A stretch of DNA of 64,000 nucleotides from NCBI GenBank assembly GCA_044224715.1, contig JBGAJV010000017.1:14415-78414 (forward strand), written 5' to 3'. The notes under the pieces were generated by a model, which was not told the DNA's origin, made no database searches, and saw only the letters and a program-made list of their open reading frames with translations. Source of the stretch: Anaerolineales bacterium. Lineage in GTDB: Bacteria; Chloroflexota; Anaerolineae; Anaerolineales; UBA6663. Of the stretch, positions 45,682-55,131 are shown piece by piece; the first letter of the stretch is position 1; every line of letters starts with the position of its first letter. The translations under genes were made by a program, and so were the position numbers.

Positions 45682-46582
45682 CCGCGGCGCCGAACGCGTG
45701 CAGTCGATCCGCCAGCGTGCCGATCAACTCGCGCTGTGTCAGCCGCTCCCGCCAGTGCGACGGGATCCCGCTTTCGCCGTAGTGCGCGCCGGCCAGTTGG
45801 CCGCAGATCGCGGCTGTCGTGTCGGCGTCGTCGCCCCAATTGGCCGCCTGCAAAACAGCCTCCTCGAAGGAACGCGTGCGCCAGAAGCACCAGACAGCCG
45901 CCTCGAGACCGTGCACGACGTACCCTGACCCCGAGATCTCGTCGATCGTCTTGTCGCGATAGGCGCCCGCCGCGATCGCCGCGATCTTGGGCGAGGCCAG
46001 GGTCAGCGTCTCGGCGCACAGGACGTCTTCTTTTCCTGCGCCCTGTACCGCGCGCAGCAGCATGTCGGCGAACAGCCGACATGCGTCCAGACACTCCTGC
46101 GCCGCGTGCGTCGTGCGCGAGCTCTCGACGGCATAGCGGATCGCGTCGTCGGGTCGATTGAAGAAGAACATCGGCACCGGCGCAAGACGCATGAGCGAGC
46201 CGTTCCCGGCCGCCCGGCTCTCGGTGGATCCACTGAACGGCTCGCCGGTGGCCTGGAAACGACCCAACGCGTCGCGGACCGTGTTGCCGATGTCGAAGCA
46301 CGTGCCCGTGCTGCTCAAGTATCCACGCGAGCGCCAGTCGCTATACCGCCGCATCTGATCACGCGCGTCGAAGCCCCGGCACTCGACCAGGCTCGTGGCC
46401 AGACACAACGCCATCGACGTGTCATCGGTCCATTGACCCGGCCGCAGCGCGAACGGCCCGCCCCCGACCATGTCGGTGACCGGCGAGAAGGTGCCGCGCG
46501 GCTCGAATTCGACCGTGGTGCCCACGGCGTCGCCGGCCGCCAGACCGAGCAACGCGCCGCGAAACCGTTCCAGGGTGTCCAT
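45662..46582 (-). CDS. ADP-ribosylglycohydrolase (ARH/DraG-like) family protein
   Basis: 306 aa with GALLGLAAGDAVG, WTDDTSMAL and WGDDADTTAAICGQLAGA. Confidence 0.9.
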   Translation of the reverse strand: MDTLERFRGALLGLAAGDAVGTTVEFEPRGTFSPVTDMVGGGPFALRPGQWTDDTSMALCLATSLVECRGFDARDQMRRYSDWRSRGYLSSTGTCFDIGNTVRDALGRFQATGEPFSGSTESRAAGNGSLMRLAPVPMFFFNRPDDAIRYAVESSRTTHAAQECLDACRLFADMLLRAVQGAGKEDVLCAETLTLASPKIAAIAAGAYRDKTIDEISGSGYVVHGLEAAVWCFWRTRSFEEAVLQAANWGDDADTTAAICGQLAGAHYGESGIPSHWRERLTQRELIGTLADRLHAFGAAATAPGT

Positions 46583-46601
46583 CGCGCCTCCGCCGTGAGT
46601 T

Positions 46602-47543
46602 CTAACACCGCACCGCCGGATTGGCCAGGCCGAAGGTCAGCCGACCCGCGTCGAGGAACGCCCGGCCTCCGACCGGGAGCACGGTGTTTGGGCAGTTGTG
46701 GCCGAAGTCTTCGGTCTTGAGGATGGGGAAATCGCGTTCGGGGGTCAACCGCAGCAGGATCTCGCCCAGGCTCTGGCCCGGCGCGACGACGCCGTCCTGT
46801 CCGTCGATGAAGCCAATCAGGACCCCGGCGACCGAGTCGAAAACACCCATGTGCAGAAGCTGCGTTAGTTCGCAATCGCAGCGATCGGGCGCTAGACCGA
46901 TGTCTTCGAGGAACAGGATCGCGCCGCGCAGATCGGGCCAATAGGGCGTGCCGGCGAGCTTGAGCAACGCGGTCAGATTCCCGCCCCACAAGCGCCCCTC
47001 GGCCACGCCGCCGCGCAGCGCCGTGCGCGGTCTGTTCGGCGGGATCGGGCCGCTGCGCCCATCCACATAGCCGGCCAGGAACTCGCCACGGTTGTAGGCC
47101 GTCGTCCTACGACCTAAACCCCACAGCAGGTCGTCGCCGTGGAACGTCACAAGCCCGGTGCGTGCCGTGATCGCGTTGAGGAGCACGGAGATGTCGCTGA
47201 TGCCGATAAACGGTTTCGGGTTCTGCCGGATGACGTCCCAATCGAGGTGCGTCAGACAGGCGTTGGCCGTCATGCCGCCCTGCGCACACATGATCGCGTC
47301 GATGGTCGGATCGGCGAACAGGGCGTTCACGTCGGCGGCCTTCTCGACGCCGGTCGCGGCAAACCCCCATGTGTCGGCCGCGACCCGCGGCGCCAGACGA
47401 ACCTCGAAGCCGAGCCCGTTCAGGAACGCGCTTCCGTTTGCGAGCTGGCCCTGCAGAGACGGGCCGATCGGTGTCGACGGCGCCGGAACCCCGATCACGC
47501 CGCCCGGGCGCAAGGCCGGCGGATAGATGAAGGAAAGGGACAC
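46602..47543 (-). CDS. LD-carboxypeptidase (peptidase S66, MccF/LdcA-like)
   Basis: GTG start (complement of 47541-47543) with GGAG 8 nt upstream. Nucleophile context FIGISDISVLL and His context EDFGHNCPN. Confidence 0.8.
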   Translation of the reverse strand: MSLSFIYPPALRPGGVIGVPAPSTPIGPSLQGQLANGSAFLNGLGFEVRLAPRVAADTWGFAATGVEKAADVNALFADPTIDAIMCAQGGMTANACLTHLDWDVIRQNPKPFIGISDISVLLNAITARTGLVTFHGDDLLWGLGRRTTAYNRGEFLAGYVDGRSGPIPPNRPRTALRGGVAEGRLWGGNLTALLKLAGTPYWPDLRGAILFLEDIGLAPDRCDCELTQLLHMGVFDSVAGVLIGFIDGQDGVVAPGQSLGEILLRLTPERDFPILKTEDFGHNCPNTVLPVGGRAFLDAGRLTFGLANPAVRC

Positions 47544-47608
47544 CTCGGATACTCCACTGCGGCCGATCCCGTCGGTCGCGATCCGTTGATCGCTGCAGGT
47601 GTGGCGGG

Positions 47609-48124
47609 CTACTCGGGCCGGTACGGCGCCTCGTCGTCGATGTTGCCCACGAAGTCCGGCAGGCCGGTGTGGCCGAGCACCTGGCGGATCGCCTGGTTTT
47701 CGCCGTTGTGATACCAGTAGTGGTAGATCGTCCGCAGCAGGAGCGACCCGTACGTGATCAGGCCCGGCTGTCCGTCGATGCGTGTGACCTGAACGCCGGT
47801 CGTCAGGCCTTCGGATGTCAGCGTATCGAGCCAGGGATCGGCCGCGGTCGTGATCTCGCGCCAGGCGGTCTGGACGTCGCCGAGCTCCGGCTTGCACGCC
47901 GGAGCGCCATAACGGAATTGCTCCTGGATCTCTGGTCGCAGCACGATGTTCTGAGCGCGGGTCAGCCAGTAACGCTGCTCCTGCCAGGCCAGGTGCCCGA
48001 TGTTCCAGCCGATGCTGTTCATTGGCTCGAAACGCCGTCTGGCTTCGGCATCGGTCACGCCGATCAGGCCGCGTTGAAATTCGTTACGTGCGAATCTTAG
48101 TTGGTCGACGAGTGGGTGGGTCAT
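47609..48124 (-). CDS. DinB-fold (DinB/YfiT-like) metal-dependent protein
   Basis: Start trimmed to MTHPLVDQLRFARNEF with GGAGG upstream. His ligand contexts NIGHLAWQEQ and YHYWYHNGE. Confidence 0.8.
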   Translation of the reverse strand: MTHPLVDQLRFARNEFQRGLIGVTDAEARRRFEPMNSIGWNIGHLAWQEQRYWLTRAQNIVLRPEIQEQFRYGAPACKPELGDVQTAWREITTAADPWLDTLTSEGLTTGVQVTRIDGQPGLITYGSLLLRTIYHYWYHNGENQAIRQVLGHTGLPDFVGNIDDEAPYRPE

Positions 48125-48141
48125 CACAGCCTCCGCAGCCC

Positions 48142-48159
48142 AGCATAGCACAAATGTTC
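48142..48159 (-). promoter_or_regulatory. Extended -10 (TGcTATGCT) abutted by a Cheo-like box GAACATTTGTGC upstream of the DinB-fold gene
   Basis: Minus strand reads gGAACATTTGTGCTATGCTgggctgcGGAGGctgtgATG. The box-next-to--10 geometry is the same as at lexA. Confidence 0.5.
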
Positions 48160-48276
48160 CCGACGTGGCGACAGGCACGGAAGTCACTGCCGGGGGCTGG
48201 CCCGATGGAGCAGCGCAAATAAAGACGGCGGCTCGATGGAGCCGCCGTCGGCTGTGGGTGGCGCGTGAGGCGCGAC

Positions 48277-49959
48277 TCAAGGGGGCGTGGTCGTGGCGGC
48301 GTAGATCGGCGATTCGTTTCCGGCGCGATCAAGGAAACTGACGTAGATCGTGGCGGCGCCGTTCTCCGGGATATACCACTCCTGTGTCGCCGCGAAGACG
48401 AACGATTTGCCATCGGTCAGGTCGGCCTGGGTGCCGATGCGCATGAGCTCCACGCCGCTGTTGTCGTCGGTCGCGGTCAGGGCGAGGTTCACGGCGCGCA
48501 TGCCCGCGATGTGCCGCTGCAACAGCGACGGCAGCAGGATCTCGTAGCCGGGGATGGCGGCGCGTTCGGGCGCCTGCGCCGCAACCGGTGCCCCGAGCGG
48601 ATCGTTGATCTGACAGCCGCCGTGCGGTTTGGTGCGGTCGAGCACGATGTCGTCAAGGTACAGACCCGAGACCTGGCCGTTGGTGCGGAAGCGGACGTAC
48701 ACGGTGCGCGGCATCGGTGTCTCGCCGACGTTCGAAATCGTCCAGGCCTTTTGCGTCACGAACGGTTCCCAGGCTGCACCCGTGAACCCGCCGTCGTTGC
48801 TGATCTGTATCTGGGTCGTGCCGGCCGGCGCGCTCAACGTCAGGGTGACGTCGGCCGATTTCGTAAACAGGGCGCCGGCGTTGATCGAGGCCGAATACGT
48901 CAGCGCGGTCGTGCGATCGAGTTCCCACAACGCGCCCGACGTCGTGGCATAGAGGTGCAGCATGGGACGTCGGATGATCGCAAGGCTGCCCACCTCCAAA
49001 CCCGGAATCCCTGCATCCAGCTTCTGCCAACTCGCGCCCCCGTCGACCGACTCCCACACCGCCGTGCCGTTCAGCGCATACAGATTTTGGGTGTTGTCCG
49101 GGTCCACCAGGATCGTAGACGGATCGGTCAGCCCGTTGGCCATCGGCGCCCATGACGTGCCGCCGTCGATCGTCTTCCAGCCGCCGCCCGCTGCGGCCGC
49201 GTAAATCGTGCCGCTGTTTTTGGGATCGAAAGCGATGTCGTGAATCCAATTGAAAGGCGCCGAGAGAAATGACCAGGTGGCGCCATGGTCCTGACTGCGA
49301 CACAACTTGAAATTCGTGTAGTTGCCCGCGTACAGCCTCAGCAGGATCGTGGACGGCGCGCTCGGCGCGGCGTAGATGCCTTCGACCGAGTAGGGCATGC
49401 AATCGTACTCGGTCGTGCAGGTGCAGGCTTCGGGCAATGTGCCGCCCGCGACCCAGGTCTGGCCGGCATCGTAAGAGATCTGGAAGCTGTTGCCCTGCGT
49501 GGCGTACATCTCATCCGGGTCGACATACGAGAAACCGACATGCATGGTCTGCACATTCATCGGCTGCCAGGTCGTTCCGGCGTCGGTGCTGATGTAGTTT
49601 GGCGTGGTCATTGAACCGCCAGGGGCGTATGTGACGACGACCAGGCGCTCGGAATGATAGGGCACCAAAGCCGGCACGCTGGCAATGCCCACTGACGAGG
49701 GCACGGAGGTCTCTTCCCAGGTCACGCCCCCGTCGTGAGAACGATAGAGATGATCCGGATAGAAGGCGAACCGATATACCCAGGTCGGGTCGGTCGTCGT
49801 GCTGATGACGAAGTTGGCGTTGGGCAGCCCTGGAACCCAGGTCCAGACATTGGCGCCGGCCAAAGCCCGGCCGATCGGCAAGAACACCCCCGAGAGCGTT
49901 GCAGAGACGGCGGCGACAAGCAAGCCCGCCCGGATCATGGGTTTTATCGAATTGGACAT
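48277..49959 (-). CDS. Secreted BNR/Asp-box beta-propeller protein with C-terminal Ig-like domains
   Basis: Start trimmed to MSNSIKPMIRAGLLVAAVSATL (signal peptide). Six Asp-boxes (SHDGGVTW, STDAGTTW, SYDAGQTW, SQDHGATW, TIDGGTSW, SVDGGASW). Confidence 0.85.
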   Translation of the reverse strand: MSNSIKPMIRAGLLVAAVSATLSGVFLPIGRALAGANVWTWVPGLPNANFVISTTTDPTWVYRFAFYPDHLYRSHDGGVTWEETSVPSSVGIASVPALVPYHSERLVVVTYAPGGSMTTPNYISTDAGTTWQPMNVQTMHVGFSYVDPDEMYATQGNSFQISYDAGQTWVAGGTLPEACTCTTEYDCMPYSVEGIYAAPSAPSTILLRLYAGNYTNFKLCRSQDHGATWSFLSAPFNWIHDIAFDPKNSGTIYAAAAGGGWKTIDGGTSWAPMANGLTDPSTILVDPDNTQNLYALNGTAVWESVDGGASWQKLDAGIPGLEVGSLAIIRRPMLHLYATTSGALWELDRTTALTYSASINAGALFTKSADVTLTLSAPAGTTQIQISNDGGFTGAAWEPFVTQKAWTISNVGETPMPRTVYVRFRTNGQVSGLYLDDIVLDRTKPHGGCQINDPLGAPVAAQAPERAAIPGYEILLPSLLQRHIAGMRAVNLALTATDDNSGVELMRIGTQADLTDGKSFVFAATQEWYIPENGAATIYVSFLDRAGNESPIYAATTTPP

Positions 49960-50359
49960 GACGCCTCGAAATATATCGACACCGAGCGCCGTTGTGCGCT
50001 CGATATCAACTATAGGCACGACCGAAGGCGCCTGAATCCAAATTCCGCGTAAAACCAAAAGAGAAGCGGATTGACCAGGCGAGCGAGACCGGTCTCGCTC
50101 GTGCTGGGTTGCCCAACAGGTTCAGTTTGCCGCGTTCATACGCGTCTTGGTGCGTACGGGCGAGATGTCAGGCGGCTCAAGGCCCAGGCCGGATCGGGTA
50201 CGCGGATCACGGCGGATACGCTGCGGGTGGTGGCCGATCACACGGAAACAGCAGGAATTCGCTCCGCGACATCCGTGCTCATCCGCGTGATCCGTGTACA
50301 AGACCCGGCGCCGGCAGACCAACTGACAACGCGTGCGTGCACACCCGTCTCGCCGGATC

Positions 50360-50388
50360 TTGAACGGCGGCACCAACGCTGTTATAAT
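50360..50388 (+). promoter_or_regulatory. Sigma70-type promoter of tRNA-Val: TTGAAC-17 nt-TATAAT
   Basis: -35 at 50360-50365 and -10 at 50383-50388, 12 nt before the tRNA 5' end. Confidence 0.7.
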
Positions 50389-50400
50389 CGCAATTCGCTC

Positions 50401-50474
50401 GGGCAATTAGCTCAGTTGGTCAGAGCGCACGGTTCACATCCGTGAGGTCACAGGTTCGAGCCCTGTATTGCCCA
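50401..50474 (+). tRNA. tRNA-Val (anticodon CAC), CCA not encoded
   Basis: Cloverleaf folded by hand: acceptor GGGCAAT/ATTGCCC, D-arm GCTC-AGTTGGTCA-GAGC, anticodon arm CACGG-TTCACAT-CCGTG, T-arm ACAGG-TTCGAGC-CCTGT, discriminator A. 74 nt. Confidence 0.95.
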
Positions 50475-50483
50475 CAGCCGAAA

Positions 50484-50507
50484 GGCCACGCCCAGCGTGG
50501 CCTTTTT
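50484..50507 (+). terminator. Intrinsic terminator after tRNA-Val
   Basis: GGCCACG-cccag-CGTGGCC followed by TTTTT. Confidence 0.85.
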
Positions 50508-50721
50508 CGTTGCCGCAATCTCCTGACAGCAGAGCAGCCACCGCTTCGCGGCAAAGCGTGCGTTTGACTGCGCGAGATGCGCTTGTCTACCGATCGACAG
50601 GTCGCCGGGCGTTCAGGGCGTCGAAGTGGTTATACTTGGCCCGACAGCACAGTCGCTTCATCAATCCGTTTAGGCGTCGGCCTCGGCGCACGTGACCGAC
50701 GCAATCAAGGAGACAGCCGCA

Positions 50722-51723
50722 ATGGCGCGTCCAGTCACCCTCTTCACCGGCCAATGGGCCGATTTGCCTTTCGAGGTCCTCTGCGCCAAGGCCAAGTCGT
50801 TCGGTTACGATGGCCTCGAGATCGCCTGCTGGGGCGATCACTTCGAGGTCGACAAGGCCCTCAGCGACGACGCCTACATCCGCTCGCGTCACGACATCCT
50901 GGCCAAGCACGGGCTCAAGTCGTGGGCGATCTCGAACCACCTGGTCGGCCAGGCCGTGTGCGACAACATCGACGGCCGGCACAAGTCGATCGTGCCCGAG
51001 CGCATTTGGGGCGACGGCAAGGAAGACGGCGTGCGGCGGCGCGCCCAGCAGGAGATCATGGACACGGCCCGTGCCGCCCAGAAGTTTGGCGTCAAGGTCG
51101 TGCCGGGCTTCACGGGCTCGTCGATCTGGCCGTATCTGTATTCGTTCCCGCCGAACCCGCCGGATCTGGTCGCAAACGGCTATAAGTTCTTCGCCGAAAT
51201 GTGGAACCCGATCCTCGACGTCTTCGACGAGGTCGGCGTCAAGTTCGCGCTCGAGGTGCACCCGACCGAGATCGCGTTCGACGTCGCCTCGGCCGAGGCC
51301 GCGCTGAATGCGCTCGGCCGTCGTCCAGCGTTCGGCTTCAACTACGATCCGAGCCACTTCGTCTATCAGAACGTCGACTACGTCGGCTTCATCCGCAAGT
51401 TCGCGGACCGGATCTATCACGCCCACATGAAGGACGCCTACATCTCGCCGACCCGGCGCGAGGGCGGCGTCTTCGGTGGGCACCTCGACTTCGGCGATCC
51501 GCGCCGCTCGTGGGACTTCCGCACGTTGGGCCGCGGCTCGGTCGACTTTGAGGAGATCATCCGCGCGCTCAACGACATCGGCTATCAAGGCCCGCTCTCG
51601 GTCGAGTGGGAAGATGGCAAGATGGATCGCGAGCACGGCGCGACCGAGGCGGCAGCCTTCGTCCGCAAGCTCGACTTCCCGCCGTCGGCGATCGCCTTCG
51701 ACGCGGCTTTCGAGCGAAAATAA
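50722..51723 (+). CDS. Sugar phosphate isomerase/epimerase (xylose isomerase-like TIM barrel)
   Basis: ATG 50722 preceded by [48 protein letters not shown]... 333 aa. Confidence 0.85.
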   Translation: MARPVTLFTGQWADLPFEVLCAKAKSFGYDGLEIACWGDHFEVDKALSDDAYIRSRHDILAKHGLKSWAISNHLVGQAVCDNIDGRHKSIVPERIWGDGKEDGVRRRAQQEIMDTARAAQKFGVKVVPGFTGSSIWPYLYSFPPNPPDLVANGYKFFAEMWNPILDVFDEVGVKFALEVHPTEIAFDVASAEAALNALGRRPAFGFNYDPSHFVYQNVDYVGFIRKFADRIYHAHMKDAYISPTRREGGVFGGHLDFGDPRRSWDFRTLGRGSVDFEEIIRALNDIGYQGPLSVEWEDGKMDREHGATEAAAFVRKLDFPPSAIAFDAAFERK

Positions 51724-51830
51724 GCCAGCCCCGCGAAACGTAGAGCAGGGGGGCGAGGAGCACGCACGCGCGGGCTTCTCGCCCCTCGCGCTATTCCCGT
51801 CGCTGTCAGTGTGCGCTCCCGGAGGTCATC

Positions 51831-53024
51831 ATGGCAGGAATCGGCTCCAGCGAGATGGCCCGTCCAAAGCTGAGCGGAAAGATCCCGGAGATCGGCGTCG
51901 GCATGCTCGGGTATGCCTTCATGGGCACGGCGCACTCCAATGCTTTTAAGAAGATCCCCTACATGATCTACCCGCCGGCGGCGATCCCCAAGATGGTCAT
52001 GGTGGCGGGGCGGAGCGAAGACGGCGTGCGGGTCGCGGCCGAGCGTTTCGGGTATGAGAGCTACACCACCGATTGGCGCAAGCTCGTCAAGAACGACCGC
52101 GTGCAGTTGTTTGACAACGGCGGCCCGAACGACGCGCATGCCGCTCCGTGTATCGCCGCGGCGCGGGCCGGCAAGCACATCCTGTGTGAGAAGCCTTTGG
52201 CGCGAAACGCCCGCGAGGCCGGTCGCATGCTCGACGCGGTCGTCAAGGCGGGCGTGGTGCACGCCGTGGCGTTCAATTACCGGTTCGTGCCGGCGGTGCG
52301 TCTGATCCGCGACCTGATCGACTCGAACAAGCTCGGCCAGATCTACCACTTCCGCGCCGCGTATCGGCAGGAGTGGATCATGCCGCACTATTCCATCCCG
52401 ATGAACTGGCGGCTACGCAAGAAGCAAAGCGGCAGCGGGGCGCTGGGCGACATCGGCGCGCACATCATCGATCTGGCCCGCTACCTGGTCGGTGAGCCGC
52501 GGCGTGTGTGCGGCGCCACGCAGACGTTCATCAAGGAGCGGCCCGTGATGGGCACCCGGCGCATGGAGCGCGTCGACGTCGACGACGCCTTCGGCTCTGT
52601 CGTCGAATTCGAGAACGGCGCGCTCGGCACGATCGAGGCCACGCGCTTCGCGGCGGGTCGCAAGAACTACAACGTGCTCGAGATCAACGCCGAGCATGGA
52701 TCGATCCGGTTCAACCTCGAACGCATGAACGAACTCGAGGTCTTTTGGGTCGGCGAAGAGCCGCGCGACACGCGCGGTTTCCACGTCGTCAACGTCAGCG
52801 AGAGCTATCATCCGTTCTGGAAGCACTGGTGGCCGCAGGGCCATATCATCGGCTGGGAGCACACCTTCATCCACGAAATCCACCATCTGCTCGAGGCCAT
52901 CGTCTCGGGTCAGGGAGTGGCGCCCTACGGCGCCGACTTCGAGGACGGCTACAAGAACGCCGTGATCTGCGACGCGATTTTGGCCTCGGCCCGAACCGGC
53001 AGACGCCTGGCGATCAAATACTGA
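51831..53024 (+). CDS. Gfo/Idh/MocA-family NAD(P)-dependent oxidoreductase
   Basis: 397 aa with N-terminal Rossmann IGVGMLGYAFMGTAHS and ...HILCEKPLA... Confidence 0.88.
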   Translation: MAGIGSSEMARPKLSGKIPEIGVGMLGYAFMGTAHSNAFKKIPYMIYPPAAIPKMVMVAGRSEDGVRVAAERFGYESYTTDWRKLVKNDRVQLFDNGGPNDAHAAPCIAAARAGKHILCEKPLARNAREAGRMLDAVVKAGVVHAVAFNYRFVPAVRLIRDLIDSNKLGQIYHFRAAYRQEWIMPHYSIPMNWRLRKKQSGSGALGDIGAHIIDLARYLVGEPRRVCGATQTFIKERPVMGTRRMERVDVDDAFGSVVEFENGALGTIEATRFAAGRKNYNVLEINAEHGSIRFNLERMNELEVFWVGEEPRDTRGFHVVNVSESYHPFWKHWWPQGHIIGWEHTFIHEIHHLLEAIVSGQGVAPYGADFEDGYKNAVICDAILASARTGRRLAIKY

Positions 53025-53046
53025 GGCTGTGACCAGCCTCTTCCTG

Positions 53047-53091
53047 GATGTGTCAGACGAGCCGGGTGTTGCCCGGCTCGTCTGACACATC
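53047..53091. terminator. 20-bp perfect inverted repeat (probable U-tract-less terminator)
   Basis: GATGTGTCAGACGAGCCGGG-tgttg-CCCGGCTCGTCTGACACATC, 23 nt after the oxidoreductase stop. Confidence 0.6.
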
Positions 53092-53104
53092 GAGCCAAAT
53101 CAGG

Positions 53105-54268
53105 ATGCCCATGACATCTGCAGTGCAGGATGTGGTCGGACCCGCGGCCACCTTGAATCGGGTGCTGCCCGGCGCCTATCTGACGATGCTGACCCAAAGC
53201 CTGACGATCAATTTCCTCGGGCCGGTGCTGCCTCTTCTGGCCGTCGAGAACGCAACTACGCCGGAAGCGCTGGGCCTGGTGTTTTCGCTCCAGGGCGTCG
53301 GGTATCTGGGCGGCACGCTGTTGGCCAATCGCGTCGCCGGAAGGATCGGGCTGCGCGCGGGGATCGCGGTGGGGCTCGGCTTGCTCGGTCTCGGACTGGT
53401 GGGCGTTCTGACTTTGCCGTTGCCCTGGCTGTACGCCGCCGTCTTCCTCGAATCCCTGGGGAGCGTGCTGGCCGAGGTGCAGCTCAATCGTGTGGTCGAG
53501 TACTTCGCCGGTGATCGACCGGGCAAGACTTTGAACCGTCTGCACAGCATGTGGGGCATCGGCGGGATCGTGGCCGCGCTGGTCACCGCGACCCTGATCG
53601 CGGCCGGGCTGCCATGGCGCTGGATGGGCGGGGTGGCACTGGCCGTTCTTGGCCTCACGCTGTTTCAGGTGCTGCGCTGGCCGTGGGTGGACGCCCCGGC
53701 CGATACGCCGGAAGCGGCGACCGACCACGGCGCCGGCGCGAGCGCCTGGGCCGTGATGCTGCCGTTCGGGCTAGTGTACGTGCTGTACATCGGGCTCGAG
53801 ATCTCGACCTCGTCCTGGGCTACGACGTTCTACGCTGGGCTCGGTGAGGGCGTGCTCTTGGGCGCACTGGCGACGGCCGGCTACTTCCTGTTGTTCACAT
53901 TCGGGCGCTGGTTTATCGGGCCGGCAGTGGACCGCTTCGGGTTGATGCGGATGGTGCGGATCAGCCTGATCGTCGCCCTGGCCGGCACGGCGCTAACCGC
54001 CTGGGCGCCGGCGCGCTGGCTGGGTTTCGCCATTGCCGGGCTCGGGCAGAGCCTGGTCTTTCCAACCTTCCTGGTCTGGGGCGTGCGGCGACATCCGAGA
54101 TGGCGGCCTGAGTTGAACGCGCTTGCGCTCGGCGGGTCGAGCGTCGGAAGCATGGTCATCCCCTATCTAGTTGGGCTCGGGGTTGCCATTTGCGGCGCGC
54201 CGGCCCTCACGCCATTGCTCGTCGGCCTCACACTCGTCGTGCTCGGCGCCACCTTCATCACGCGCTGA
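53105..54268 (+). CDS. MFS transporter
   Basis: Start trimmed to MPMTSAVQDVV...; 387 aa, about 12 TM helices. Confidence 0.8.
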   Translation: MPMTSAVQDVVGPAATLNRVLPGAYLTMLTQSLTINFLGPVLPLLAVENATTPEALGLVFSLQGVGYLGGTLLANRVAGRIGLRAGIAVGLGLLGLGLVGVLTLPLPWLYAAVFLESLGSVLAEVQLNRVVEYFAGDRPGKTLNRLHSMWGIGGIVAALVTATLIAAGLPWRWMGGVALAVLGLTLFQVLRWPWVDAPADTPEAATDHGAGASAWAVMLPFGLVYVLYIGLEISTSSWATTFYAGLGEGVLLGALATAGYFLLFTFGRWFIGPAVDRFGLMRMVRISLIVALAGTALTAWAPARWLGFAIAGLGQSLVFPTFLVWGVRRHPRWRPELNALALGGSSVGSMVIPYLVGLGVAICGAPALTPLLVGLTLVVLGATFITR

Positions 54269-54320
54269 ACCACGACCATCCCAGCACTCATTCGCCCAAT
54301 CACCCATTCACCCAAATTCT

Positions 54321-55061
54321 ATGGCTCCTGATCTCTCGGCCCTCATCATCATTGCGTTGGTTGCGTTTCTGGTCGGCGTGACGAAAGGCGGCTTTGGCGG
54401 TCTGGGCGGGCTGTTGACGCCGGTGCTCGCGCTGATCATGGCCCCGGCCGCGGCCACAGGTGTGTTGCTGCCTCTGCTGATCTTCGGCGATTGGTTTGCG
54501 GTGTACAGCTATCGCGGCGAGTGGGATATGAAGGTGTTCTGGAGCATGTTGCCGGCCGCGGCGGTCGGGTCGCTGATCGGCACCTGGCTGCTCACCGCGC
54601 TGTCGCCCAGCGGGCTGCGGATCGTCCTGGCGGTCTTCATCTTGATCCTGGTGGCGTACAAGTTCATCAGCGACCGGCTGCAGTCGTGGCGCTACGTCCC
54701 CAGCCCGTGGCATGGTCCAGCGGCCGGCGGTCTGGCCGGGCTGTTCTCGGGGCTCTTCAACAACGGCGGCCCGACGTTCAACGCGTATCTCTTGCTGCAG
54801 AAGCTGAAGCCGCGGACGTTTATCGCCACCAGCGCGTTGTTCTTCGCGATCCTTAACCTGATCAAGATCCCGTTCTTCTATTTCGCCGGAATCCTCAGCC
54901 TGGAGCGCACGCTGGGCGTGGGCTGGGCGTTCCTGCTTGTGCCGCTCGGGATCTTCGTCGCGCGCCGCATCGTTCTTCGGCTCGACCCGCAACGTTTCGA
55001 AGGCGTGATCATCGCGTTGCTTGTTCTTTCGAGCTTGATTCTGATCTGGCAGGCATGGTAG
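54321..55061 (+). CDS. TauE/SafE-family sulfite/anion exporter
   Basis: Start trimmed to MAPDLSALIIIALVAFLVGVTKGGFGGLGG (family-typical N-terminus). 246 aa. Confidence 0.85.
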   Translation: MAPDLSALIIIALVAFLVGVTKGGFGGLGGLLTPVLALIMAPAAATGVLLPLLIFGDWFAVYSYRGEWDMKVFWSMLPAAAVGSLIGTWLLTALSPSGLRIVLAVFILILVAYKFISDRLQSWRYVPSPWHGPAAGGLAGLFSGLFNNGGPTFNAYLLLQKLKPRTFIATSALFFAILNLIKIPFFYFAGILSLERTLGVGWAFLLVPLGIFVARRIVLRLDPQRFEGVIIALLVLSSLILIWQAW

Positions 55062-55070
55062 GTTTGTGCC

Positions 55071-55116
55071 AAAACGAAAGACGCCGGCCGTCACGATGGC
55101 CGGCGTCTTTCGTTTT
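55071..55116. terminator. Bidirectional intrinsic terminator between the TauE-like gene and surE
   Basis: AAAACGAAAGACGCCGGCC-gtcacgat-GGCCGGCGTCTTTCGTTTT. Confidence 0.88.
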
Positions 55117-55131
55117 GCACTGGTAGGTATT

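Noticed and set aside
50401-53100. tRNA-Val as an integration hotspot, or a genomic island downstream of it
   Set aside because: No integrase, no direct repeat of the tRNA 3' end and no compositional break are visible by eye. The downstream genes are ordinary sugar isomerase/oxidoreductase and transporter genes.
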